In this document: positions 29,977 to 40,133 of the stretch, piece by piece
Layout: the number at the start of each line of letters is the position of its first letter
Numbering within the stretch: the first letter of the stretch is position 1
NCBI GenBank assembly: GCA_049700835.1
Contig: JBNAUL010000001.1
Location: 432,043-492,456, forward strand
Direction: 5' to 3'
Length of the DNA stretch: 60,414 nucleotides
Source: Candidatus Woesearchaeota archaeon
GTDB lineage: Archaea; Nanobdellota; Nanobdellia; Woesearchaeales; WAPY01
The notes under the pieces: generated by a model
Told to the model about the DNA's origin: nothing
The model's database searches: none
The model's input: the letters and a program-made list of their open reading frames with translations, nothing else
Program-made: the position numbers and the translations under genes

Positions 29977-32658
29977 TTAATTTTTATTTCTATTCTTTTC
30001 TTTTAAAATCCATCTTCCTATATGCAATGCTAAGAGTTCTTTATAACTTGCTTTTTGAAAGAACTCTAATGTTGGAAGTATATCTTGAATTATGTTATCG
30101 CACTTTTTTAAACAACCGACATTTTTGAAAAACTTATTTTCCTTGCTTAGTTTTAAAGCATTTATTCTGAAAGTTTGATATTCTTTTGAGTTCCACAGAT
30201 TCTTAAAATCCTTATTTAAAACATTGCCTATTGGAGCCTTTCCAGCCTTGCAGCAGAACAGAATATCCCCACTTGTAGTTATCTCGCTTCTAATCCAACC
30301 TTCATAACAAGGAATATTTTTTATCAATGGTTCTGTGTAAATTCCTTCTTTCACTTTAGCACTTTCTAGAGAAGCTTCAAAAACATCCAAGCCCCTAAGT
30401 TCTAAAACAGTTCCATTCTTGTTAATTTCTTCTAATCTCTTTTTTATTCTTTCTAACTGGTCTTTTACAACCTTAATCTCATTTTCATCTAACAGCAAGA
30501 TTTTTGTTGGTTCTGTTGCATCCAAAGTTGAGAACCTTACTGCTGTTGCCCTAACATCAAGAGCAAAGTCAATCATTTCTTCCAATTCATTATAGTTATA
30601 CTTTAAGATTACTTGGCAGATTTCAATTCCTGGTTTTTTATCATCATAGAGTTTATTCCTTAATTCAGTTAAGTACTTCAAGTTCTCTCTTATTCTTATG
30701 AATGTTTCCTCATCTTTGTTAGGATGTATCTTAGCATATGTTTTTGGAGTTCCAGACCACAAACTAACAACTATCTGCTCAGGTTTAACTTTCAGCACTT
30801 CCTCAACTAAACTTTTATCCCAAAGAGTGAAGTTTGTTGTAAAAACAAGTTTTATTCCTTTCTTCTTTATGTATTTTATTACTTTTAAAAAATCAGGATG
30901 AAGCGTTGGTTCTCCGCCGCCAGAGATTTGTATCTCTTCTGTTCCAATCTCTGCTAAATCATCAATAACTCTTTTTATGGTTTTAAAGGGTAATTCTAAT
31001 TTCCTCCAAATTTCATTATCCTTTTTTGTTCCCAACAAAGGAGAAATACCTTTATATAGGGGAGATCTAAACCAACATCCAATGCAATTGTTGTTGCACC
31101 TATTAGTAATGTGCATCTCAATTACCTTTGGTCCTGCGAATGTTTTTTCAGCATCAAGTATTCCAACAATTTCCTTATTTTTATTTATAAAATCAAATAA
31201 AGCATTATCTTTGCTTACAAGGTCTTTAAAGAATTTTTTGTCATGTTCTTTAACTTCAATTATTACTTTTGGTTCTTTTTTTTCAAGAACTGTTCTTGCA
31301 AGTTGAAATGTTTTTTTTTCTTCATAGATTATTATTTCGTCCTTTAGCAACGTGTTATTGTTTTCCTTTTTGTTATTTTTTTCTTTATCTCTACTTTGCG
31401 AATTGATATCAGTTTCTATTCTAAAAAGAACATCTTCTATTTCTTCCAAACTTTTAAAATATTCAGAACTTAATCTTACATAATACTTGTTGTTCTCTTT
31501 TCTAAAACCAAGCCTATTTTCTCTTTTCCTTAAAATCTCTCTTATATCCCTTGATTTTCTATAAAGCCCGATGCAGCACTGTTTGCATTCCTTAAAGAGT
31601 TTATGATTTAAGAAATCATTTCTTATTTTGTTAATTTTGCCTCCGTACCAAACCTCTTTCAAACTTTTATTTTCCACTCTTTCGCCTCGGTCATTCAAAT
31701 TTAAGCATACATCCAAAAATCCGTTCTCCCTTACAGAAATATTGTGCCATGGCTGATAGCATGGTATGTTTAGGAAATCTTTCTTATTGCTGATGTCAGA
31801 AAACAGCAACTCTTTCATACTTTCTGTTTTTTTAACAAAGATTTCTGATTTTAACTCATCAATGTCTGTGAGTAAATTGTAAGCGTCTGCTAATCTTTGA
31901 CTTTTCTCTATAATCTTAGGAAGTTCTTTCAATTCTTTCTTGTTTAACTTTAAACTTTCCCCTTCCTTTGATTTTATCATTAATGGAACAACCCTTAATT
32001 TTGTAATCTTATTCTTTGCGCAGAAAACAACAAGTTCAGGAATTAGTTTATAGTTTTTGTTGCACAAAACCGTTGTAATCCAAAGTTCAGGATACTCTCT
32101 ATTAAATTCTTTTTTGTATTTGTTAAAGAGATTTATATTTTTAACAACTCTGTTGAATGTCCCAGGAATTCCCCTGAGTTCATCATGAACATTGGCATTT
32201 GGAGCATCTAAACTTATAATTATTTGTTTCCAACCTAATTTTACTATTTCCTTAATTGTCTCTTCATTAAAAAGGGTTCCGTTAGTAATCATTGACTCAT
32301 AATAATCAATTCCTTCAGCATTATTTTTAATCTCTCTAATTATGTCCATTATTCCTTCTTTAGCCATAGGCTCCCCATAACCTCCAATCAAGAAAAATCT
32401 TTTAACGCCAAGATCTTTTGCTTCTCTGATGATTTCTATTATTCTTTCGGTGGAAAGTTCTTTCTCAGGCTGAAAACTCATGTTTCTCCTAACGCAAAAA
32501 CTGCAGTTTAGATTGCACTTTTGAGTAACAGCTAATTCAAGCCAAATAGGACCTGCTGGAGAATTGTTCTTCCAACTTTCTATTCTTTCAATTATTTCTT
32601 TATAAGAATCAGCACTTCTCTTTTCTTCTCTTTTCAATCTGTCTTCTTTGTAGCCCAT
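29977..32658 (-). CDS. Tandem double radical SAM/SPASM-like protein
   Basis: Two complete modules: CNLNCSFC...GGYGEP...PCYQPW...CKQCC and CNNNCIGC...GGGEP...PCYEGW...CLKKCDN. Confidence 0.92.
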   Translation of the reverse strand: MGYKEDRLKREEKRSADSYKEIIERIESWKNNSPAGPIWLELAVTQKCNLNCSFCVRRNMSFQPEKELSTERIIEIIREAKDLGVKRFFLIGGYGEPMAKEGIMDIIREIKNNAEGIDYYESMITNGTLFNEETIKEIVKLGWKQIIISLDAPNANVHDELRGIPGTFNRVVKNINLFNKYKKEFNREYPELWITTVLCNKNYKLIPELVVFCAKNKITKLRVVPLMIKSKEGESLKLNKKELKELPKIIEKSQRLADAYNLLTDIDELKSEIFVKKTESMKELLFSDISNKKDFLNIPCYQPWHNISVRENGFLDVCLNLNDRGERVENKSLKEVWYGGKINKIRNDFLNHKLFKECKQCCIGLYRKSRDIREILRKRENRLGFRKENNKYYVRLSSEYFKSLEEIEDVLFRIETDINSQSRDKEKNNKKENNNTLLKDEIIIYEEKKTFQLARTVLEKKEPKVIIEVKEHDKKFFKDLVSKDNALFDFINKNKEIVGILDAEKTFAGPKVIEMHITNRCNNNCIGCWFRSPLYKGISPLLGTKKDNEIWRKLELPFKTIKRVIDDLAEIGTEEIQISGGGEPTLHPDFLKVIKYIKKKGIKLVFTTNFTLWDKSLVEEVLKVKPEQIVVSLWSGTPKTYAKIHPNKDEETFIRIRENLKYLTELRNKLYDDKKPGIEICQVILKYNYNELEEMIDFALDVRATAVRFSTLDATEPTKILLLDENEIKVVKDQLERIKKRLEEINKNGTVLELRGLDVFEASLESAKVKEGIYTEPLIKNIPCYEGWIRSEITTSGDILFCCKAGKAPIGNVLNKDFKNLWNSKEYQTFRINALKLSKENKFFKNVGCLKKCDNIIQDILPTLEFFQKASYKELLALHIGRWILKEKNRNKN

Positions 32659-32686
32659 AAAATTATACCTCTAAATCTTAAACTTT

Positions 32687-35600
32687 TCAAACAATTCTAA
32701 AATTCTTTGCTTTTATTCTTTTTAGGAAATCAGCATCATTAAAATTTCTTATATAACTTTCAGCTATTCCTAAAACTATAATTTCTGAACCGCTAAGATT
32801 TTTTAGTTTATTTAGCATGTAATTGTTTCTTTCAATATCGCAGCAATACTTATAGCATTCATTTAATGGAAAATATCCAAAATTTAGGTCTTTGTTCAAG
32901 GTTGCTTGTCTGAAAATGTTCTGTTTTTCTGAAAACCAAGCATCTCTGAAATTCAATTCGAACAAATTTCCATAGTAATGGCTTCCATGCCATTTGCTGC
33001 AAGTGTAACAAAGCCCTTGAGCACTAATCCTAGAGTAAAGCCATCCAATGTAACAAGGATTTTTTTCTATAGTGGTTTTATCATAAAACTTTTCTTCATA
33101 ATTTCCTAAAATATTTCTTAATCTATTCTCAAAATTATTAATATCAAAGAGTTCTATTTTATTCTTCTCAGCAAATTCCTTTAATCTTGGAATCTCATTC
33201 AACACAAAGTTAATTTCTTCTTTTGAAAGCATTAAGAAATCTGTTTTTCCAGGAACAACATCCATTACTTGAAACTGAACCCTTGAAGCCCCAACTTCTT
33301 TAGCAAACTTAATCATCTCTTTCATTTCCTTAAAGTTTAACTTTAAAATAACATTTACTATGTCAACTTCTGGCTTTTTCTTTTTAAGTTTCTTTTTTAA
33401 TCTGTCAAGTAATTTTAAATTCTCTTTTATGTTCAAAAAAACTTTTTCCTTCATTATGGGATGAGTTTTGACATATGTTTTTGGGTTAGAAGCCCACAAA
33501 CTAACATGCAATCTGTTCATTCCCAATTCAACAATTCTTCTAATAAACTTAGGATTTAGCAAAGTGCCATTTGTATTTAAACCGCATTCTATTCCTTTGT
33601 TTCTAATGTATTCAATTATTTCCAATGTTTTAGGATTGACCATTGGCTCACCGCTTCCGCAGATAAAAATGTATTCTGTTCCAAGTTCTTTTAAATCATC
33701 AACAAGTTTTTTAGCTACTTCAAAATCAAGCACTGTGTCTCTCCAATAAGAATCCTCAATTTTATTTATGTATGGAGAATAATGCCAACAGGCAACGCAG
33801 TTGTTATTGCATTTTGCTGATAAGTCAATCTCTACTGTTCTTGGCCCTGTAAAAGCATTTTTTCCGTTGATTACTCCAAGAACATCAAGATTTTTAGAGA
33901 TAAATTCATAATCGTCTTGGGTAAAATCTTTTACAAGTTCTTTTATCTTGCTTTTGTTTATGATAATTCTAAATTTTGGTTTTGTCTTACAATCAATAAA
34001 GTTCAATTTTTTTGTTAAAACTATTCGCTTATCATTTTTGCGTTTTTTAAATACGATATTTTTCTTATTCTTATCATTAAAATCGTTTATTTCCATAATT
34101 TCCAATTCCTCTGGCTTGCAATAATCTTTTTCTAAAATTTGCCTAAGCTCTCCAAGAGTTTTAAAGTTATCTCCGAACTTAATCTCTCTTGTTTCATCTC
34201 TTGTTTCTGTTTTTTTTGGTTCTTCTGATTGTGCTTTTAAACTTTGGCTAAATCTATTTTTGAAGTGAACATCATGATTCTCGTTTGTTTCTTTGTTATT
34301 TTTATTAAAAACATTTTGTTCTTCATAATTTTCATTATTTTCTTTTAAATTGCTTTCTATTACAGCCAATGCATTCTTATCAAAAAACTCTTTCAATGCT
34401 CTGCCTGCTTTTTTATCCTTGACAAAAAAGAAATTTATTCCGTCAACATAATCTTTTGCTCTATTTAACCCTAAAAAAATCTCTTTTTTGTTTTCTATGA
34501 AATAGGCATTAACTAACACAGCAATATTTTTCTTTGAAGCAGTTTTAGCAACTTCTAAAAATCTTTTAATATCTGTTTTTTTGTTCAGCACCAAATAAAG
34601 AGCATTGCAACCGCTTTCCTTTAACTTGGAAACAACATTATTTGCATTGTTAATTTTGTTTGAGTCAATAGTTAGCCCGAATCTTATTTTATAATTCAAC
34701 AGACAAATATGCTCGCAAAGTTCCAAAACATTATTCTCATCGTAAATTTCAGAATTCAAAAACAAAAACTCTGAAATTTCATTATTTCTTCTATAATAAT
34801 CAACTTCCATAAGAATTTTTAATGGATTTTTAACAAATTTTTTATAACCAACAATGATTGGAATTCTTTCTGTATCATAGTCAGTAAAGTCAACATTGTA
34901 GAAACTAAACAGATGGGATAAAATCTTTTTTTCTTTAAAACATTCAATGATTAGAGGACTTTTATTTTTTATTATTCTTATTCTTGTTTTTTTGCCATTT
35001 AAATTTTCTCTTAATTTCCTATGAAAAAGCTCTTGCAGTTCAACAAGACTTTTGTTGTTTAAATGCTTGCCAATCAACTTCATGACTTCAAGAAGCACAT
35101 CTCCATTGTCTTTTGAAATCGCAAAATCAACCCTAGACTTGCTCAAGCGTTTTATGATTTTTTCATTAAAGAATTTTTTGTTTTTGTTTGCTAATAAAAT
35201 AACAACATTGTTTTTATTTTCCTTTTTTATCAATTCCGTAATTTTCAATGTATTTTCAAGATTTCTTTTCTTTGCATAAAAAAGATAAACATTTCTGCTT
35301 TTCTCTAATTTATTCCTTTCCTTGATTTCATTAAAAACAACGCTTAAAAAATCTTTTTTGTTTAAAACAGAATTTTTATATTCATTATTGCACTTTATAT
35401 TCAAATCAACTACGCTTAAAAAGTTTCTATTAACTTTGCTGTTGATTTTCTCGCATAGAAATATGGGATAAAGTTGAGGAATGTCAGTTCTTAATTCTGG
35501 CAGAACATATAAATCTGTTCTTAGAAAAAATTCAGTGTTTAACTCTTTTAAGTTTAATTCTTTACTTTGATTATCAGAGATTTTTTTCCTGCTTTTTTTG

Positions 35601-37132
35601 GAACTAATCTTAACATAGTAACCCAAATAATCAAAAATCTTTCCATTGACAACATGCTTGCAGATTTTTTCTGCAGTGTATAAAAGACCATGCTCTTTTA
35701 AACAATCTGAAACTATTTTTGTTGGCGCTTTTTTGATTTGGTTGTTTTGTTGATTGTTTTTAATTTTTAGACTTCTATGCTTTAAATGCTCGTTCCAAAT
35801 CTTGTAAGCTCTTGCAACTGCCAACTCCAAATCCTTAGGGCTCAATTCCTTTGTTTTGATAACTGCTTTAAAGTTTCCATCAAAATCGCTCAACTTTGAA
35901 TAAACTAACTCGTTCTTTTCTTTTAGTTCATCGTAATATTTTGTGCCTGGGAAAGGTGTTGTTATTGAGAATTGAACGCTGAAAGGGTCTTGTTCCAGAG
36001 CAAACTTTATTGTTTTTTCAATCGTTTCTTTTGTTTCTCCTGGCAAACCAAAAGTGAATGTTAAATGAACTCTAATGCCTAAACTCTTTGTCAATTTTAT
36101 AATCTCTTCAACCTTTCTAATGTCCATGTTTTTGTTGCAATTGTCCAAAAGCTTTTGTTCTGATGACTCGACCCCATACTTAACCGCAAATAATCCTGCT
36201 TCTTTCAAAACCTTTAGAATTTCTTCATCCATCAAATCAGCCCTTGCCATTATTGCAAAAGGAACATTAAGATTTCTCTTTTTCACTTCGTTGGCAAACT
36301 CTAACATTCTTTCCTTTCCAATGTTAAAAGTGTCGTCATCAAAGTATATTGATTTGAAACCCATTTTTCTAACAAGGAATTCCATTTCATCAACAACATC
36401 CTTTACATTCCTGAACCTATAGTTGCTGCCGTTAAACATTATTTGAGGCCAAGCGCAAAAATTGCATTGAAAAGGACAACCCCTTGATGCCAGCATTTGA
36501 GCGCAAGGCAAAGGCATCTCTCCAGGAGCATCAAGATACTTGTAGATTGGAACACTCTTCCTGTCAGGCCAAGGCAGCTTGTTAATGTCTTCTAAATGTC
36601 TTGGAGGATTAATGACAATCCTTCCTGTTTCTTTTTCCTTATAGATTAATCCTTTAACATCATGCAAACTATTATTTGATTTTAAGTGTTGAACTGTTTC
36701 TAAAAGAGTGAATTCATATTCTCCATAAAGCACAAAATCTATATAATGATTATTGGCTAAGAATTCTGGTTGCCTTATTGAATAATCCATGCCAGCGACA
36801 GCAATTGCTGCTTTTGAGAAATCCCTAATCTTTCTTATTATTCTTAAATCATTTTCTAATGAAGGAGTTGAGACCTCTAACAATATAAAGTCAGGATTAA
36901 ACACTTTGATTTTTTTTAGAAAATCTTCTAAAGAGAGTTCTTCTGCTAATGCGTCAACAAACAAAACCTCAAAACCGTTGTCCTTTAACAATCTGCTTGA
37001 ATATCCTAAAAAGAATGGATAAGGTAAGTAATTACCTTCTTCTATTGTTTTTAAATGTGGCCATCTGCTTCCTGCCCTAACTCCTTTCCTGCCCTGCTCA
37101 TTCCAAGGCGGATTTGCTAATAAAACCCTCAT
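32687..37132 (-). CDS. Three-module protein: cobalamin-binding radical SAM + degenerate B12/radical SAM module + radical SAM/SPASM-like
   Basis: N-terminal VLLANPP..GVRAGSRWPH..PYPFFLGY, GEYE, ASRGCPFQCNFC, YFDDDTF, GVES, GLPGET, PFPGT; C-terminal CNNNCVAC, GSGEP, PCYIGW. Confidence 0.92.
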   Translation of the reverse strand: MRVLLANPPWNEQGRKGVRAGSRWPHLKTIEEGNYLPYPFFLGYSSRLLKDNGFEVLFVDALAEELSLEDFLKKIKVFNPDFILLEVSTPSLENDLRIIRKIRDFSKAAIAVAGMDYSIRQPEFLANNHYIDFVLYGEYEFTLLETVQHLKSNNSLHDVKGLIYKEKETGRIVINPPRHLEDINKLPWPDRKSVPIYKYLDAPGEMPLPCAQMLASRGCPFQCNFCAWPQIMFNGSNYRFRNVKDVVDEMEFLVRKMGFKSIYFDDDTFNIGKERMLEFANEVKKRNLNVPFAIMARADLMDEEILKVLKEAGLFAVKYGVESSEQKLLDNCNKNMDIRKVEEIIKLTKSLGIRVHLTFTFGLPGETKETIEKTIKFALEQDPFSVQFSITTPFPGTKYYDELKEKNELVYSKLSDFDGNFKAVIKTKELSPKDLELAVARAYKIWNEHLKHRSLKIKNNQQNNQIKKAPTKIVSDCLKEHGLLYTAEKICKHVVNGKIFDYLGYYVKISSKKSRKKISDNQSKELNLKELNTEFFLRTDLYVLPELRTDIPQLYPIFLCEKINSKVNRNFLSVVDLNIKCNNEYKNSVLNKKDFLSVVFNEIKERNKLEKSRNVYLFYAKKRNLENTLKITELIKKENKNNVVILLANKNKKFFNEKIIKRLSKSRVDFAISKDNGDVLLEVMKLIGKHLNNKSLVELQELFHRKLRENLNGKKTRIRIIKNKSPLIIECFKEKKILSHLFSFYNVDFTDYDTERIPIIVGYKKFVKNPLKILMEVDYYRRNNEISEFLFLNSEIYDENNVLELCEHICLLNYKIRFGLTIDSNKINNANNVVSKLKESGCNALYLVLNKKTDIKRFLEVAKTASKKNIAVLVNAYFIENKKEIFLGLNRAKDYVDGINFFFVKDKKAGRALKEFFDKNALAVIESNLKENNENYEEQNVFNKNNKETNENHDVHFKNRFSQSLKAQSEEPKKTETRDETREIKFGDNFKTLGELRQILEKDYCKPEELEIMEINDFNDKNKKNIVFKKRKNDKRIVLTKKLNFIDCKTKPKFRIIINKSKIKELVKDFTQDDYEFISKNLDVLGVINGKNAFTGPRTVEIDLSAKCNNNCVACWHYSPYINKIEDSYWRDTVLDFEVAKKLVDDLKELGTEYIFICGSGEPMVNPKTLEIIEYIRNKGIECGLNTNGTLLNPKFIRRIVELGMNRLHVSLWASNPKTYVKTHPIMKEKVFLNIKENLKLLDRLKKKLKKKKPEVDIVNVILKLNFKEMKEMIKFAKEVGASRVQFQVMDVVPGKTDFLMLSKEEINFVLNEIPRLKEFAEKNKIELFDINNFENRLRNILGNYEEKFYDKTTIEKNPCYIGWLYSRISAQGLCYTCSKWHGSHYYGNLFELNFRDAWFSEKQNIFRQATLNKDLNFGYFPLNECYKYCCDIERNNYMLNKLKNLSGSEIIVLGIAESYIRNFNDADFLKRIKAKNFRIV

Positions 37133-37271
37133 TTTGGATCTTGGACCAATGCTTAACCCCCAAATAAAATATTAAAGAGTTATAATTTCAAGGAGTTATT
37201 AAATTTTATTTATTAAATTTATCAATTTTATTTTTTATATTATTTTTTTATAAAAATGTGAAAGTTAAAAA

Positions 37272-40133
37272 TCAATAGTTTTCATCGTAAAGATTTACAA
37301 GGGCAACAGGAATTTTTAATCTGTTAGCAAGATTAACAATTTCTTTTACTCTGCTCTTTCTGAGTTCGTAATCATTTTTATCGCATTTGCTGTACCATTT
37401 CAACCAGGCATCCTTAATCTCATTGCATATTCCAATCTCTTCAATGTTTTTAGAGAGCGTTGTTTTTTCTATAAGCAGGCAGGGTGACAAGCTTGATATT
37501 CTGTTAATGTATTTTCTGTGCTTAGATATAAAATCATAGGTTTTTTTAAATTCTCTTTCATTTTCTCCAGGATAACCAATTATGATGTTAAAATCAGCTT
37601 TGATCCTTGCTTTTTTCAATCTTTTAATCAATTTGACTAAATCCTCAACCTTGAAATTTTTGTTCATCTTTTTAAGGACATCGTCTGAACAACTTTCAAC
37701 GCCAAAGACCAAATTGATGCAGCCGGCTCTTCTCAGCAGTTTTAAAAATTTTAAACTCATTCTGTTGTCAACAAAGGCCTGAGCGCTCCAACTGATTTTT
37801 AATTTTTTGTTTGCAATCAAATTGCAGAGCGCTTTAAGATTTTCAAAATCTCCATTTATTATTAAGTCATGAAAAAGAAAACTTCTGATGTTGTGCTTTC
37901 TGATGTGGTGCTCAATTTCAGAAACAACATTCTCAGGACTTCTGCATGAATATTTTTTTCTTCTCATCCAATCAGAGCAGAACCTGCATCTGTTTATGCA
38001 TCCCCTGCTCAAAAGTATGGGCAGAGTTGGTTTCTCATAATCTTTTAAGTTAAACTCTTCGTAAGTTGGAAATTCAATACTATTCAAATCATTCAAATTT
38101 TCGCTATGAAAGAACTGCATTCCGTCTTTCAAAAATATTTTTGGAAAGCATTCAAGGTCCCTACCTTTCTTCAACCAATTTACAATTTCTGCAAGTACTA
38201 TTTCTCCTTCACCGATGACGGCCAAATCAACATATTCTCTTAATTCGAGATAATGTGGAATATCCAAATTGGAAGCAGGTCCGCCAAGTATTATTTTTAA
38301 ATTACGGTTTCTTTGTTTGATAATCTTTGTCAACTCGCAAGCAAAGTTTATATTAGAGTCATTTACAGACAAACCCACAACCAAAGGATTTTTTGAGATT
38401 ATTTTATTTATAATTTCTTCAACAAAGCATTTTTCTTCTTCTAAAATTTTTTTGTGGAAGTTCAATTCTTTCCAATATATGATTTTCTCAGGGTTCCAAA
38501 TCTGCCTGTATTTTTGCTTGCAACGATTGTAAAGCATTATGTTCAAGTCAATTACTTCTGTTTTTATGCCACAAGATTTGAGATTAGAAGAGAGATAAGC
38601 AATTCCCATTGGTGGCATGTCAACATCCCAAGGCGGAGGGATTATAAGAAAGACATCGATTCTATTCTCCTCTTTATCGCTTATTTCATAAGTGGAATTC
38701 TTGTTTTTTGAAAATGGTTTTTCATTTAATCTATCCATAATTGCCTCATACAGAAAATCTATGCGCTTTTTGATTTCTTCAAAATCAGAAGTCATTAACT
38801 CTGCTAAAATTTTTTTGTGCTCAATTTCAGGTTCTTTGCAATTTTGGTTCCTTGACTTCAAAAGTTCAATCATTCCCTTGACAGTTCTAAGCTTAAAGGC
38901 ATAATCAAGAATTTCTCCTTTTGAGTGGTTTAAAGATTCAAATTCTGCATGGATATTAAAATTTTTGTCATTCTGCCTGCAACACTCATAGCACCCTATC
39001 TTTTTAAAATAGTTTTCGCCTTTGTCTAAATGCTTTGCGCAATACCTAAATTCATCATATTCTTTTGAAAAGAAAATCTCCTTGAAGCTTTTTTTGTATA
39101 TATTACCAATTGGCATTCTATGGGCTTTTAAGCATGGAACTACAGAACCATCAGCCATTATCCTTGCAAAAACCCAACCAACATAACAAGGAACAAAATC
39201 GATCCTTTCATTTTTATAACTGATTTTGCCCATCAAATAATTTTTTGCAGCATGAATAAAAGCATTAAGATTAGAAGAATTTTGCCAAGGTTTGTTTTTA
39301 TACTTATCTTTTACAGATTCAGCAATTCCTAAAATTTCCCTCAATTGATCCTCATTTAAAAACAAATCCCTTTTTTCTGCATCCTTTTTTGGAAAAATTT
39401 CATTAGCAAGGTAAAACTCAGAAAAATTAGAGTTTTCCAATGAAAATTCAAGAATTCTGTAAAATTCTTTATAGTTTGATTTAGAAATAATGCTTTTAAT
39501 TCTTATTGAAGGTTTTTTCTTATCATCTTTTGAACAAGCTCTTATAAACTCTAAATTTTCTTTAATTCTTTCAATTCGATTTCTAAAATATTCTTCGTTT
39601 TTGCATTCAAGCAATTCAATATTTACGCAGTCAATGCCTAAATCAAAAATATTTTTTGTAAGTTCCTTGTTTGCAAAATCAAATCTTGTTTTTATCTCGC
39701 AGACAAAGCCCAATTCTTTTGCAAAAGCCAAGATTTCAAAAATTCTCTGATATTCCAATAGATCTTCATCCAAAACAAAAATTATCTCTCTTGTTCCAAT
39801 GCTCTTCAATTCTTTTAGCAAGTCAATTATTCTATCATAATCCAAAATTGTTTTTTCCTCATTTGTTTTTTCCTTATTTTGATGATTATGATTTAAATCT
39901 GAAGCTTCTTCATTAGCATAACTGCTTGTTAATTCTATCTCTGCTGAATTAGGACCTATAAAAGCATGTTCTCCGTCTTTAATGCCTAAGAATTCAAGTT
40001 TGTTTTCATAGAATTCTTTAAGAAGTGCATTCTTGAATAATTTATTTAAATCGCTCCCTGTATTTTTAGAATTATTCTTGCTTAATAATCTTTTTTTGTT
40101 CCTAAAAATATTTTTAATATTTTTAAAAATCAT
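37272..40133 (-). CDS. Two-module protein: degenerate radical SAM/SPASM-like + cobalamin-binding (class B-like) radical SAM
   Basis: N-module lacks CxxxCxxC but keeps PCYVGW..PC..CYECC; C-module PPMGIAYL, LGGP, GEGE, SRGCINRCRFC, GVES, GYPGE. Confidence 0.9.
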   Translation of the reverse strand: MIFKNIKNIFRNKKRLLSKNNSKNTGSDLNKLFKNALLKEFYENKLEFLGIKDGEHAFIGPNSAEIELTSSYANEEASDLNHNHQNKEKTNEEKTILDYDRIIDLLKELKSIGTREIIFVLDEDLLEYQRIFEILAFAKELGFVCEIKTRFDFANKELTKNIFDLGIDCVNIELLECKNEEYFRNRIERIKENLEFIRACSKDDKKKPSIRIKSIISKSNYKEFYRILEFSLENSNFSEFYLANEIFPKKDAEKRDLFLNEDQLREILGIAESVKDKYKNKPWQNSSNLNAFIHAAKNYLMGKISYKNERIDFVPCYVGWVFARIMADGSVVPCLKAHRMPIGNIYKKSFKEIFFSKEYDEFRYCAKHLDKGENYFKKIGCYECCRQNDKNFNIHAEFESLNHSKGEILDYAFKLRTVKGMIELLKSRNQNCKEPEIEHKKILAELMTSDFEEIKKRIDFLYEAIMDRLNEKPFSKNKNSTYEISDKEENRIDVFLIIPPPWDVDMPPMGIAYLSSNLKSCGIKTEVIDLNIMLYNRCKQKYRQIWNPEKIIYWKELNFHKKILEEEKCFVEEIINKIISKNPLVVGLSVNDSNINFACELTKIIKQRNRNLKIILGGPASNLDIPHYLELREYVDLAVIGEGEIVLAEIVNWLKKGRDLECFPKIFLKDGMQFFHSENLNDLNSIEFPTYEEFNLKDYEKPTLPILLSRGCINRCRFCSDWMRRKKYSCRSPENVVSEIEHHIRKHNIRSFLFHDLIINGDFENLKALCNLIANKKLKISWSAQAFVDNRMSLKFLKLLRRAGCINLVFGVESCSDDVLKKMNKNFKVEDLVKLIKRLKKARIKADFNIIIGYPGENEREFKKTYDFISKHRKYINRISSLSPCLLIEKTTLSKNIEEIGICNEIKDAWLKWYSKCDKNDYELRKSRVKEIVNLANRLKIPVALVNLYDENY
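39085..39193. repeat. 109-bp exact dispersed repeat, copy 2
   Basis: Identical to 28852-28960 and to the matching part of 40323-40473. Confidence 0.9.
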
